In this document: in pieces, positions 11,571-24,030 of the stretch
Position numbering within the stretch: position 1 is the stretch's first letter
Layout of the letters: every line of letters begins with the position of its first letter
NCBI GenBank assembly: GCA_034780895.1
Contig: JAUZTB010000071.1
Location: forward strand, 18,605,521-18,667,331
Source of the DNA: Rhynchobatus australiae
Taxonomy: Eukaryota
Length of the DNA: 61,811 nucleotides
Reading direction: 5' to 3'
Made by a program: the position numbers and the translations under genes
The notes under the pieces: generated by a model
What the model was told of the DNA's origin: nothing
Database searches by the model: none
Seen by the model: only the letters and a program-made list of their open reading frames with translations

Positions 11571-14121
11571 GGCTGGGTATTCAATGCTGATTTTCATTTT
11601 CAGAGTGAAGCTAGATAAAGACCTTTTCTCGGTTGTTTTATGTCACACTAGAAATTTGATTGGGCATTTCTGGGCATGACTCACACTTGTTTGTGGTTTT
11701 CATATCAGCCTTGCCAATGGCGCATTGCAAGGGAAATTAGGTTAAGCAGTCCCAGGAATGACCATTGAGGGAGACCCCTGAGGGAGTTAGGTCCTCATGC
11801 CTCGGTGCTGGATTGTGCTCCGAGTACCTTCAGTCCCATCCTTACCTGTACCCCCATCATTAGTAGTGCTCCTGAACCCCAGAAGGCCAGACCCTTAGCC
11901 CTCCCAGTTTTGCTCTTGACTTCACAATGCACAGGTCCTGACACTCCAATACTAATCTAAATTTCCAAATCCCACTCCCCAGAGATCCATGTGTCAGTGT
12001 GTCTCCCCGAACACAGTTTCATTCCTGAACTCTGTCCTGAGGCTCAGGTTCATAACTCTTAGTCTGATAATTTGAGGATCAGCCCCACATTGGAGGCACC
12101 ATTTCCTCCCTCCCCCAATGTTATTTGCAGAACCCTACCACTGGCATGATCTTTCCTGCTAAGCTCCCTCTCACACCCTGGCCTTGATCCATCCTGCAGA
12201 ACTCCACACCCCAGCCACTTGCTTGCCTATTGAATCCCAAGGCCTGTCCTTGACCTATGCCATCAGCTCTCTCTTCTGCTCCCCGTCAACCACCTCTCTT
12301 CCTCCAATGGACCTTGATTCTGTGTGGTGCTTTTGGATGCACTGGAATTTCCAGGCTTTTTTATTGCCATCAGTTAAAAGCCTTATCTATCCTTGACAAG
12401 GATTGCTTTATTTCTGAATGTAATAAATATTTAACTAGCATTATCACTATCTTCTGCTGACGTTCATTCTGATTACTTGATGAGTCCATTTTGTAGCAAT
12501 TGCATTCTGGGGACATAACTCAGCAATAATTGGGGCATTTCTCCAATAGGAAGTCAATCAGTTCCCTGGTAGACATTTGCTACCCAATATAGTGAGGAGT
12601 TCACCATATAAACATAATACATACAATGACAAAGCCATCAACTTGGTTACAGGAAGTTTTATTTATTTTTCCTGTTAACTAATATTGCTGTCTTCTAGAA
12701 ATTGGAAAACTTCCCACAACTATCTATATTTGGTCATATTTTAAAAATGATTTAATTCAATTCACTCCTGTTTTACTCTTAACTTTTAAACTCTTAATTA
12801 TAACTCCCTAAGCATATTTATACCAGATAGGGTAGGGTACAATGTTGATTTAGATTCAGGTTCTTTTATTCAAACTTGTGAGCTTCTAAAAATAAGTGAT
12901 CTGACTGTAAGTTGTTTGCTTCAAAAGGGAAAACTGTGAAGAATTCTGAGATTTCTTCACAGAAATTCTGAGATTGCATTCTGAGATTGCAAAATGGTAT
13001 TTTGAAAAACGACAAGCACAACCAGTAAGTACCACGAAGTGTAACTGCACTTGTAAGTAACTGCATGCCTGATCAAACAATACTGAAGAAAAATATTGCA
13101 ACCCAATGGTCATATGGAAAGTAACAAAATGGACAGATTCACTTTGAATACATCTGTAAAATGCAGGGGCTAAGTTGCAGACAGAGCAATAAATTTCAAA
13201 TTTTGTTCAGACTTGCTGTTTATGTGATTTGCAAATTATGTCTATAATTTCTTTAATACTAGTTATGCAATAAAGATTCAATGGTTCTGCATACCGTATA
13301 GAATAACATTAATTCAGCTTTGAAAGCTGACAATATCTTTGCAGAAATTCCAATGGATACTTGTTCAAACTACTTCACCTTATTTCCAAGTATCAATGGC
13401 CTTTGGTAGTCTTAAATGGATTTTTTGTTAGGCAAGAATCCTGCTTGGAAGACTACATATTTGATTTCCAGCCTGTACGAACCTTCAAAGTGTTCTGTCC
13501 TCCTTGAACAAGTCACAATATTTCCAGCAAAAAGATAGCTGATAAGGCCAGTCTCATTTTACAGTGATTTCTGTGTATGACATAGTAATGTTGGAAAAAT
13601 CAGTAAGGTGGATCTTGTCTTTAATGAGTGGATTAAGTTTGCAGGTATGGAGTCAGCTGCCAGGTTTGCAGCTTTAGTGCCTTTTTCCCTTTTGAACTCA
13701 AATTGGAAAAGGCATGAAACAATATGTCTAACCTTTATCGCACACTGTTCTTTGCTGTTGTCTCAAATTGTATTTCTCTTCCAGTAGTAGAAAGAAATAA
13801 GAATTAGAAAATATGGTCATAGAATGAATTCTTTTTCTTGTGTCTGTCCACTAAAATTGTATATCTTTCCAATGACAGATACAAAGTAACTCTCACAAAT
13901 TGCTCTCAGCAAGATCCAAAACCAAGCAAGGGCCTATCATTGAGCAGGACAAAAGACAATTGCATGGTTTGCTCTTTGCTTCAGTCACAGATCTCAGCTT
14001 TTGTGCAGAACCCGTTTCACCATTCCAGTTTTAACCAACCAACTTGGTTACAAAAATGGTTTAGGGCCGGTCAGGTCCTCCATTTCTCCTCTGTCCTCAC
14101 AGAAATCTGCTCAGTTAGCCT

Positions 14122-14225
14122 AATAGAGCCATAGAGTCATACGACACAGAAAGAGCTCTTCAGCCTACCATGTCCATGCTGACCATCAAGTACCTGTCCA
14201 TACTGATCCCATTTCCCATCATAAT
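14122..14225 (-). mobile_element. CR1/HER1 3' tail
   Basis: atagagccatagagtcatacgacacagaaagagctcttcagcctaccatgtccatgctgacc is the reverse complement of the CR1 tail with its (CTCTATGA)-like repeat. Confidence 0.8.
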
Positions 14226-16989
14226 GGCCATGCTATTTCCTCATGAGTGACAACGCAGATAGCCAGCATTATGACAACATTATTAAAAAAACCCATGGTG
14301 TACCAGCTTCTCTTGCGTTGTGTATATATTCACTATTATTAATACAGCTATGATAATGTTGTTAAAGGAAGTAACATATTGCTGATGTGGGAACTAAACA
14401 AGGATTGATCTGGGTGTACATGGGCATGAGTGCCTCATCTACTACAGTTTCTGCAGTTTACCCACTGATGCTCAGCCATTTGATATTATGTATGTACAAA
14501 TTCACATTTGTACATTATCTTTGTTTTGGTACCAGACTGAGGTAACTGTACCATCAAGGAGGATGTCAGTAATCAACTGCTGGCAGTTATAGGTGTATGC
14601 ACATGGTTTTAAAGCAGAAGGGTCAAGACAGACAAGTGAAATATATACCAACAGATCAATCAACATTTCACTTGGAAATTAAACCTACCTAATCCACAGG
14701 CTTCAGGGCAAGCTCCTTTGAAAAGCATTTATAAATCAGCTCTGATACTGACACATAATAGAGGGACTAAATACAATAACCAGCTTTTTAGCTGATGTAT
14801 AGCAAAAACCATTAAGCACATAGACAGTAGCACTTTCATTTATTTCCTTGTGTATAGTTTTAGTCAGGAGAGCGTTTTTGTTCTATGCTGTGTTACAGAA
14901 GAACTTTGCATCCCTGGGTATTTGAATGGATGTTATATGATTTTGTTATATATTTACTCTGTTGTGCCTTCATCCACAATACCCACAATAAAATGAAGTA
15001 AGCAATGTTCAAGGAGTTGCTTTGCATAGGTATATCAGTGATTCATTCTTCCTGAACTGCATGTTAAAGGCTCGGCTGCTCAGGGATGAAAGTGTTGATT
15101 GCTTGGGAGAAGAACTCCACTGCACTCATATTTCATGGTTTGACAGTAGCCCTCATCCAGCAGACCTATTGAATCCTCAGTAATGCTTCAAATACCTGGA
15201 GAAGATGAGTAGTTTCCTGTGAAAAGACGAAAAAGGGAGTGACTTGTACAATAGTGGTTTGTAGTATGCCATGTATTTTTGTTCTGCAATAGAGAGAACA
15301 CATAAATCTACCACTGGAGGAGGCATTGACTAAGACAGGGGGAGGTCAGTAATGCCACAGAATACGGTGAAGAAATAGTAGGGGTTCAAAAATGTCCTAT
15401 AATCAAAACTCTTCGGCTAATATTCTATTGGGAGAATTTTGACTGAACAGGTTTAATGCCCCAAACCTTCACCAATCTTTCAATCTCCTAATCAGCAGTT
15501 GCTTCACAAACACCAAAATCAAAATTCATGTCACATAACCATTACAAGATCATATACCTGAACAGCATCATTCACCATATGCAAAGGTTTGAGATAGCAT
15601 TGTGGTTTTAAAAGCTTGTCAATTTTAAAAACTTTAAAAAATATATCAACACATGCTGGGTGCAGAAGTTTTTCCATTCTGAAACTCACACTCTTTTCCA
15701 TTCCTGATGCATTACTGCATAACTGGACTGCAGCCTTGCTATCAANNNNNNNNNNNNNNNNNNNNNNNNNNNNNNNNNNNNNNNNNNNNNNNNNNNNNNN
15801 NNNNNNNNNNNNNNNNNNNNNNNNNNNNNNNNNNNNNNNNNNNNNNNNNNNNNNNNNNNNNNNNNNNNNNNNNNNNNNNNNNNNNNNNNNNNNNNNNNNN
15901 NNNNNNNNNNNGAACAATTCTCAATGCCTTTCTGAAATGTTGACAGCAACTCTGGACAAACTCTGGGTTCTGCTGGAATTCCTTCTGTCCTCCACTAGCT
16001 TACACAGCTGCAAGCATTGCTTTTTTGCTTTGGCCACAAAATCAAATGAATTTCTCCTTCAGCTGCTACAGTTCCTTCAGATCCCAGCAATAGTGTCTGC
16101 TCTCCCAAATCGCTCTGCAAGATGCATAAAAGAGATTTAGTCTATGCTGGCAGCTCACCTCATTCAGTCATGTAAAAGCTGGGACTGATGACTAGTTCAT
16201 TCAATAGTATTCCCATTCGGAAGCCAGAGTCAGCCAGAGTCTCTCTACACATCCACACTGGTTGGCAAAGTGGTTTCAGCAATGGGAACTTTTGCACAGA
16301 CTTTCTTTGGTCCCTAGGGAAGGCTGGACAACGACTGCATCAGCATGCCACAGTTAGGCACGTGTGATCATTGAAGCACTTTTCACACTTTCATTGTGTG
16401 GAGGAATCAGGTATCAATTGCTCAGGTAATATAAGTGGACCAGCAGCTCAGAGAGTTCTTCATATCTATCAATTGCCTATCCACAGGAACTGTGCATCAC
16501 AATGCTTTTGCCATTGTAATGTGCATTTCAGATCTAATACAACACAACAATGGATCTTGAAAAACTTGATTTGATTATAGATTATAGATGATACAACCCT
16601 TCAATCTGATCTCGATATGTGTTTACATATTTGCCTGTACGTGTATACAGAAGATGCCTAGGTTTAATTTTAATAAATTAATGGTAAATTCAGTCTTTAG
16701 TTGTGTTTATTTTTGTAAAACAGCTTTCAATGTGAACTCAAGTTACAGCTCAATTTATTGTACGATGTGTATAATTGGGTGTGAACTTAAACCCAATAAA
16801 GGTCCTTTGTTTAGTTCCAAATGGACTGAAGTTTATCTCATCCAAGATGATAGTAAGAATGACAGAACTGACCACCATATCCTAGGGCTTGAAGAGGAGT
16901 ATAGGGACAGGTAGGTATTGGGTGAGAGGGGCAGAAATTGAACAGAATTCTTTTACCATTAATAGGATGCTGCTATTTCCAAATTATTC

Positions 16990-17106
16990 ACTACAACTCC
17001 ATTATTACAACATCAACCGTACTTCAAAAGTATTGAAATAGTTGTAGGACTTTGTTGGACATCCTGAGGTCATGAGATGAGCTATATCAATGTAACTCTT
17101 TCTTTT
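16990..17106 (+). mobile_element. DeuSINE (SacSINE1-like) 3' tail
   Basis: attacaacatcaaccgtacttcaaaagtatt...ggacatcctgaggtcatgagatgagctatatcaatgtaactctttcttt aligns with 33450-33548. Confidence 0.7.
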
Positions 17107-18796
17107 CCTGCTCTGCAATGCCCATTAGAAATTCCTGTTTAGTTAATGTTGGGGAAAGGCTTGGCTGTGCCATCCACTACACTTAGTGAACATGTAGTTT
17201 AAACTCAAGTGAACATGACACAGAATCATACTCTAGTATGAGTTAATGGATATAAAAAAAATATTTTCAATACAATACACGAATTCTACACATGGCTCAT
17301 TCAGACCAATTTCTATTATAACTTCATGGTTGCACTGATGGCCAGACACACCGCCAGTTCAATTCCAGTATCTAGATAAGATATGAAATACCTACATATT
17401 CATATAAATGCAGAACATGTAGTACTGCATCTGTCACTTATCATTTCTCTCTCCCGATGCTTGTTCCACTGACTCTAATAGAACTAAAAATCAAGTAGGT
17501 ATCTGATGTGATAATGTTCATTTTGTGTGACTGTCTAAGATAAATTTCCACCCCTCAGTCTGCAATAAACATGCTTACAACAGAGCTTTTAACATGTCAT
17601 GCACGTTGAAAGAGTTAATTTTGAGCATGAATATCTGGAAGGTGTTATTTAGTCTCGTCAAATTTAGTTATATACTGCTGAAGTGCTACTGTACCTGTTA
17701 GTCTCAGAACTTTTAAAACACTCAAAGCAGAAGGTTGTCTGCCCATGTCTGGAACTGCTCTGAACATCAAAGGACTGCAGCCTCTTTGTCTCATCTTTAA
17801 AGTCGAGTGAATCCTGTTTCATCCCCTCATAACAGTGAGAGCTAAAAGCTAGCAGGTGACATCATCAAAACAAGTCTGCACTCGGAATGAAAATCCACGA
17901 ATCATGTGAATTGCCAACAGGGTAAGCAACTTGTTCCAAAGTATAAAAATGGGAGCAATTAATGTCACTTGGAATGTTATCCACTAAGAATCAAGTCAAT
18001 ACATGTTACAACCGATCTTCCTGCCATAACCTTACTATTTATGTACAGAGAGCAGTCTTAGGTATCACCAAATTTGAACAATTCATAATGAATCACAATG
18101 AAAATAGTAGCATCAGTAACAATGGGACTAAACAATGGGATCTAAATAAAGCTGCCCTTATTTGGCACATTGCCATGTATCAAGACAGTTGCATCCAACA
18201 AACTGCATTGAAATGCAGTGGATGTTTTGCTCTGGATTCCAGCAATTGCAGATTCTTGTGTCTCCATGTAATTCTGGATTTTAAGCTTTGAGGTTGGCTC
18301 TCAAATTTTCAATACCTGTATTTGACAGTCATTGAACCAAGATTGAGCTCTTGCCTCAGTGGTAATTTGACATAGTGAGATATGGAGCAAAATATTGGGG
18401 GGGGGTGGTCAGTTGCAGATTACAGTGAAATGCATCTTCACTGTTGATGGCCCATTTGTGCCTCATGAATAGACATATATAGCCAATTAAATACATTCCA
18501 AATTTTCTAGTCCTGGTGCCTCATAACTGGATGGAAGGCAATTACAGAGCAAATGCATTAGTTCTTCAATTGAAATCAAGGTTTGGAAACTTGTGTCAAA
18601 ATGTTCAGTATTTCCCCATATTGCAACCAGCATCTCTCCCATGATGACAGCCTTAAAATCATTGGGGATTCAATTACTATAACATTAAATTGGATANNNN
18701 NNNNNNNNNNNNNNNNNNNNNNNNNNNNNNNNNNNNNNNNNNNNNNNNNNNNNNNNNNNNNNNNNNNNNNNNNNNNNNNNNNNNNNNNNNNNNNNN

Positions 18797-18868
18797 TCAA
18801 GGTCAGGAATGAATCTGGGCTGCTGGAGCTGAGGCATCAGTACTACCTGCTAAACCAGTGCTCCGCCA
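18797..18868 (-). mobile_element. tRNA-derived SINE head next to an assembly gap
   Basis: aggtcaggaatgaatctgggctgctggagctgagg resembles the reverse-complemented SINE heads at 9035-9103 and 38670-38720. Confidence 0.55.
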
Positions 18869-18904
18869 GTTAATCTCTTTTTTGTGAGGCCTATTGAGGC
18901 AAAA

Positions 18905-19135
18905 ATGCTGATCATGTTTCCAGAACAGCTCTTTGCCCATGACTGAATCTTTAAGATCTAATTGAAGCAGGTAAGCAGGATCTTAGTTAAACAGCACATC
19001 TAAAAGAGGAACATCTGACAAAACAACACTCACTCAGTTCCTCATTAAAGTGTCAGCTAAGATTAGCCCTGGACTGGCTTGGAATCCATAACGTCTGACT
19101 CAGAGGTGAGAAACTACAATTTGGGTTAGGCTAAC
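18905..19135 (-). mobile_element. DeuSINE (SacSINE1-like) 5' half
   Basis: Reverse complement gives the head TCTCACCTCTGAGTCAGACGTTATGGATTCCAAGCC followed by GCTGACACTTTAATGAGGAACTGAGTGAGTGTTG...TTTTAGATGTGCTGTTTAAC. Confidence 0.7.
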
Positions 19136-19602
19136 AGTAACACACCATGAAGAAATAACTACGATTTAAATTTTAAAATGGCATCAGACAATCAGATTAT
19201 CAGCTGGCTCTTTTAAAATCTTGGAACTTGGGAAATATCTTTCTTCTTGAAGTCTATTTACTCAGCAGTAACATCACAAGCAGGGCATATTGCCAAGTTT
19301 CATTCTTTCCTCAGTTTGGTCTTTAAATATGGACATGTTTACACTTGTTGCATGGAAATCTCACCCATTCTGTCCCGCCCAGGAAATAGTGACCAGGAAT
19401 AAAAACTGTTCTCAAGACTAAAAAGAGGAGGCGAAGAAAGAAGCATTCTNNNNNNNNNNNNNNNNNNNNNNNNNNNNNNNNNNNNNNNNNNNNNNNNNNN
19501 NNNNNNNNNNNNNNNNNNNNNNNNNNNNNNNNNNNNNNNNNNNNNNNNNNNNNNNNNNNNNNNNNNNNNNNNNNNNNNNNNNNNNNNNNNNNNNNNNNNN
19601 NN

Positions 19603-19638
19603 CGCGCGCAAACACAAAAACACACACACACACACACA
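19603..19638. repeat. (CA)n microsatellite at a gap edge
   Basis: cgcgcgcaaacacaaaaa followed by (ca)9. Confidence 0.9.
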
Positions 19639-19679
19639 AAATATCAAATTAAATTACACGTCTTCACACCTATGTATTG

Positions 19680-19845
19680 TAGAGTTATAGAGTTGTAAAG
19701 CACAGAAACAAGCCCTTAGGCCCACTATGTAAATGCTGATGTTTGTACTTATCTATTCTCGTCCCCTTTACCTGCATTTGGTCCATAGCCTTCTATGGCT
19801 TTGTGATTTCTACTTGTCCAATGCTTCTTAAATGCTGTGAGCATT
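19680..19845 (-). mobile_element. CR1/HER1 3' tail
   Basis: tagagttatagagttgtaaagcacagaaacaagcccttaggccc ... cctgcatttggtccatagcc ... ttgtccaatgcttcttaaatg. Confidence 0.8.
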
Positions 19846-19890
19846 ATATTGAGTTGTGTAAGTTTGGAAATAGCTCTCTGTTTTAATACT

Positions 19891-20475
19891 AGAGGAACAA
19901 CTGACTGAAGATGCTGGAACCTAGATGAAATAAACAACAAGATGCTGGAGGAACTCAGCAGGTCAGGCAGCATCCGTGGAGAAAAGCAGANNNNNNNNNN
20001 NNNNNNNNNNNNNNNNNNNNNNNNNNNNNNNNNNNNNNNNNNNNNNNNNNNNNNNNNNNNNNNNNNNNNNNNNNNNNNNNNNNNNNNNNNACAACAAGAT
20101 GCTGGAGGAACTCAGCAGGTCAGGCAGCATCCGTGGAGAAAAGCAGATGGTCAACTTTTCAGGTCAGGACCCTTCTTCAGGACTGACGATAGCAAAAGGG
20201 GAAGCCCAATATATAGGGGGGAGAAACAGAGCAGTGATAGGTGAACAAAAGAGGGGAGACAGAGTGGGTACAAAGTGGTGATAGGTGGATGCAGGTAAGA
20301 GATAGTGATAGGCAGATATGGGGGAGGAGGGCAGAGCAGAACCTGGGGATGGGTCAAAGGTAAGGAGGCAGGCAGCCTGGGGGGAGGGTAGGAGAGGGAA
20401 AGGAGAGAGAACAAAAATGGTGAGGCAAAAAAAGAGAGATAGGCTTGGAAAGGGAAGAAAAGAAGAGGCAAGAGG
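19891..20475 (-). mobile_element. Penelope-like element 3' end / pseudo-LTR with a hammerhead-like motif
   Basis: The minus strand reads a ~290-nt pyrimidine-rich tract, then GTC-CTGAAGA-AGGGTCCTGACCT-GAAA-AGTT-GAC, then the family terminus GATGCTGCCTGACCTGCTGAGTTCCTCCAGC. It is interrupted by a gap with duplicated flanks. Confidence 0.75.
20150..20184 (-). ncRNA. Candidate minimal type I hammerhead ribozyme motif (PLE-associated)
   Basis: CUGANGA box (20180-20174), stem II AGGGUC/GACCU, GAAA box (20160-20157), NUH triplet GUU, and stem I GUC/GAC closing both sides. The stem III palindrome ACGU is altered to AAGU in this copy. Confidence 0.55.
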
Positions 20476-20527
20476 CAACCTTTTCTTTCTGTTTTAAGCT
20501 GCCTTATAATTCAGCAGAGAGAAAAGA

Positions 20528-21603
20528 TACAAAATTGGCTGGATGGTAGGAAACAGAGGGTGATGGTGGGAGGATGTTTCTTAGACTGGAGGTCTGTGAC
20601 TAGTGGTGTGACCCAGGGGTCAGTGCTGGGCCCATTGTAATTTGCCTTCTATATTAACGATTTGGATGAGAATATACAAGGAATAGTTAGTAAGATTGCA
20701 GATGACACTAAAATAGGTGGTGTCATATACAGTGAAAATGTGTATCAAGAATTGCTGTGGGATCTTGATCGGGTGGTTAGGTAAACTGAGGAATGGCAAA
20801 TGAAGTTTAATTCAGATAAGTGTAAAGTGTTACACTTTGGAAGGACAAATCAAGGTAAGACTTTCACATTGAATGGAAAGGCCCTGGGTGATGTTGTTGA
20901 ACAGAAGGACCTTGGAGTAAAGGTGCATAGTTCCCTTAAAATGGAGACAGGTAATAGGGCAGTGAAGAAGGCTTGTGGCATGCTGGCCTTCATCAGTCAG
21001 GGTACTGAATATAGGAGATGGGAGGTTATGTTGCGATTGTACAAATTGGTGGGGCCACACTAGGAGTATTATGTTCAGTTTTGGTCAACCTGTGATAGGA
21101 AGAATGTGATTAGACGGGAAAGAGGGCAAAAAAAGACTTACAAGGATGTTGCCAGGTCTCAAGGGACTGAGTTATAGGGAGAGGTTAGACAGGCTGGGCT
21201 TTTACTCCTTGGAAAGTAGGAGACTGAGGTGTGATTTCATGGAGGTATATAGAATCAAGAGGGGCATAGACAAAGTGAGCAGTCTTTTTTGCAGGGCTGG
21301 GGAATTGAAAACTAGAGGACATAGCTTTAAGGTTAGAGGTAAAAGGTTCAATAAGAACCTGAGGAGCAACTTTTTTACACAGGGGGTAGTAGATATATGG
21401 AACCAGCTGCCAGAGGAAAAGGGTGAGGCAGGTACATAGATACACTTAAGAAGTATATGGACAGGTATTTGGATTGTAAGAGTTTAGAGGGATATGGGCC
21501 AAGTGCTAGGAAATGCAATTAGCTTAAATATACATCTTGGTTACCATGGACAAGTTTGGGCTGAAGGGACTTTATCCATGCTGTACAATTCTATGACTCT
21601 ATG
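20528..21603 (+). mobile_element. 5'-truncated CR1 (HER1-like) LINE with a disrupted reverse transcriptase
   Basis: Translates as NWLDGRKQRVMVGGCFLDWRSVTSGVTQGSVLGPL*FAFYINDLDE...SKIADDTKIGG, then MKFNSDKCKVLHFGR, LSYRERLDRLGFYSLESRRLR and NFFTQGVVDIWNQLP. It has stops and frameshifts, and ends in the tail ctatgactctatg. Confidence 0.95.
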
Positions 21604-23804
21604 CAAGATAAAGAGCAAATGGAAAAATTGTATAAAATATTTCTTGCATATATATTTTTCACAATGGCAGTTAGCATATTATTGCAAGACATTATTTTTA
21701 ATACATGACAGTAAATTATACTTTGTTTAATTTCCACATAGCCATTAACCAAACCATTGCTTGAAATCAAAGTATTTCTTTCATGAATAATTATTTGCAC
21801 ACAACAGGAATAGAAAATCATCAGAGAGAAATGTATTTTCAGTACCTGCATTGAGTGCAAGGTTGTGTGCACCTCAGCACATTCAATTCCATTGACTTCA
21901 ATAACCAAAGATGAGCTTCTCCTCGATACCTTGTAACCAGACTTACCGGAGATCAGTTCCTGTATTTTACTAAGTTATTTATCTCCTCCCTCACACGTTT
22001 TGGGTCACATTGCAGGCTGTGACTAAAAAAAATAAGTGATTTTGTTTTGATTTTCAGCAGTGCTGTGTTCATCTGGGTTCTGGAAGTACTGGAGATAGCT
22101 AAAGGTGATTTTCTTTCTTCCTCTGTTTCTCCCTCAGAGATATTACTTGATATCTTTCCTATTGTTTATTTACTATGGGAACACAGGGACATTTATGAAC
22201 AAAAGTGCCATCCCACTATCCAGTGATTTTGCTTATTCCTTACAAACAAATTCTAATACAACAGCCCTTCACTGCAGCCCTGTATAACAAACACATTATT
22301 GTAACCTTCCATATTAATAGATTTTTTTATTGCATTTCCTCATCTTCTGACTCAGATGTGCAGTTGATTTTAAAAGTATTGTAACAATGAATTCAGGCAA
22401 TTGTAAGTGTGTGTGGGAGCCCAGGAAAATATCACCATAAGATAATCAAATCAATAATTTATAAAATTCCTTCTTTACAGTTCTATCTCTCATTCAGTGA
22501 GATAGTGTTAATGAACAATATTTATGTTTGGCATGCGCATGTCAAGAGTTTGTGTTACCCTACATTGTAATCAGTGCATAATTTCTTATAAAACTCAAGA
22601 TGTTACACATTGTCTTTAATTAGAAGATGGAAGGCAAGTCACAGTTTTGATGTGAATGACAAAGGACAGGTAAGAGCAAACACACAGGAGTTGATGGTAA
22701 CAGTTACCATGTCACGCCTCAGCAATCAAACAAGTGATCTGCAAGAGGCAAGAGCTTTATCAAAGTCTTAAAGTATTGGAGATCCTAACCAAGGGAGACT
22801 GAAAGATTGACAGAAAGGGAACAGTTACCTATGATAAAGATCAAAGGAAGATTGCAGTGTTGCTTAAATGATTAACTGTTTGACTGCTAGTCTGAAAATC
22901 CCTGAGTTTGGATCATTCAGGCTCTTCCAGTCTTACTTTCTTTATTAGTTGTGAAAAATTTAAAAGGAGGNNNNNNNNNNNNNNNNNNNNNNNNNNNNNN
23001 NNNNNNNNNNNNNNNNNNNNNNNNNNNNNNNNNNNNNNNNNNNNNNNNNNNNNNNNNNNNNNNNNNNNNNTATTAGTTGTGAAAAATTTAAAAGGAGGAA
23101 GCAAAATAGATCTGATTTTTGCAGAGATTATGTTACCCTTAGATCACCCTATGCAGCACTGTACAATCTCATGAATTCATTGAATCTGCAATGACATTTG
23201 CACATTTATAACAAAGGCAAAGGAAATTTAATAACTAACAACAGGAAATTACAATTGAAAGAAAGTCAAGATTTGGATACACATTTTAATCTAAGTTAGC
23301 TAATCTTGGGTTGGATAGCAGAGGTATTCAAATGTCAAAGTCAAAATCAGTTCCATAGTTCCTGCAACTACTGGGGCACATTAGATGCTGCAATATGCTT
23401 TGCATCATTGATGGTTGTCAAGCAGAGTGATCTGGTGGCACCCATCTCCTCTCTAGGCAAAACTTACTTGACCTGATATTTTCATTCAAAGACAAATCAG
23501 GCTCAAGGCTGTTTAGTTTCAAAGATCGGATAGGATTGTGCATTTCCATTCTGATGAGAGGAAATCATTTAATTCCTTAATATTTCTGGGTTAATGAAGT
23601 GAAAATTGACCAGAACACCTGCCATGTGTCATTACCAACCAATAGCTCCTGCTGACAGAGGGTGGATATCTGGTGAGGATAGAACTTGTCTTAGGTGTAA
23701 GGTTTCCTGAGGTTGTATGAGCTTCTGAAATTCACTAATAACAATCTTGGCTTACTTTTATACTGCAGATTTATTGCAGTTAGATGTTCAAAGCTGCTTC
23801 AAAG

Positions 23805-24030
23805 ATTTCAGGAGGGAATTTCAAAGCTTTGGACATACACAGTTGAAAGCACTGACATCAGTGTTGAGATGAAGAAAAGGCTGGAACTGCTGAACACAGA
23901 GCTCTTGGAGGGTGGTGGAGATGGAGGAGGTTGCAAAGATAAGAAAGCCATGGCATTGAACACTGGGATGAGCATTCTAAGGTTGAGGTATGGGTGAAAG
24001 AGTTGATAAAAGTCAATAGGCTCATGGGAA
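23805..24030 (-). mobile_element. Degenerate L2-type LINE fragment
   Basis: ggagggaatttcaaagctttggacatacacagttgaaagcac aligns with 11495-11545 and continues as ggagggtggtggagatggaggaggttgcaaagat. Confidence 0.55.

Noticed and set aside
19934-20147. 57-bp direct repeat on both sides of a 100-N gap, resembling a tandem PLE dimer
   Set aside because: It is an exact overlap of contig ends across a placeholder gap and most likely a scaffolding artefact.
21950-22020. Strong minus-strand donor CCG|gtaagt with an upstream acceptor
   Set aside because: All three frames contain stops. It could only be a non-coding exon and has no other support.
22942-23098. Direct repeat tattagttgtgaaaaatttaaaaggagg around a gap (similar cases at 3969/4077, 24633/24742, 46260/46375)
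   Set aside because: These are unmerged contig overlaps, not TSDs or CRISPR repeats.
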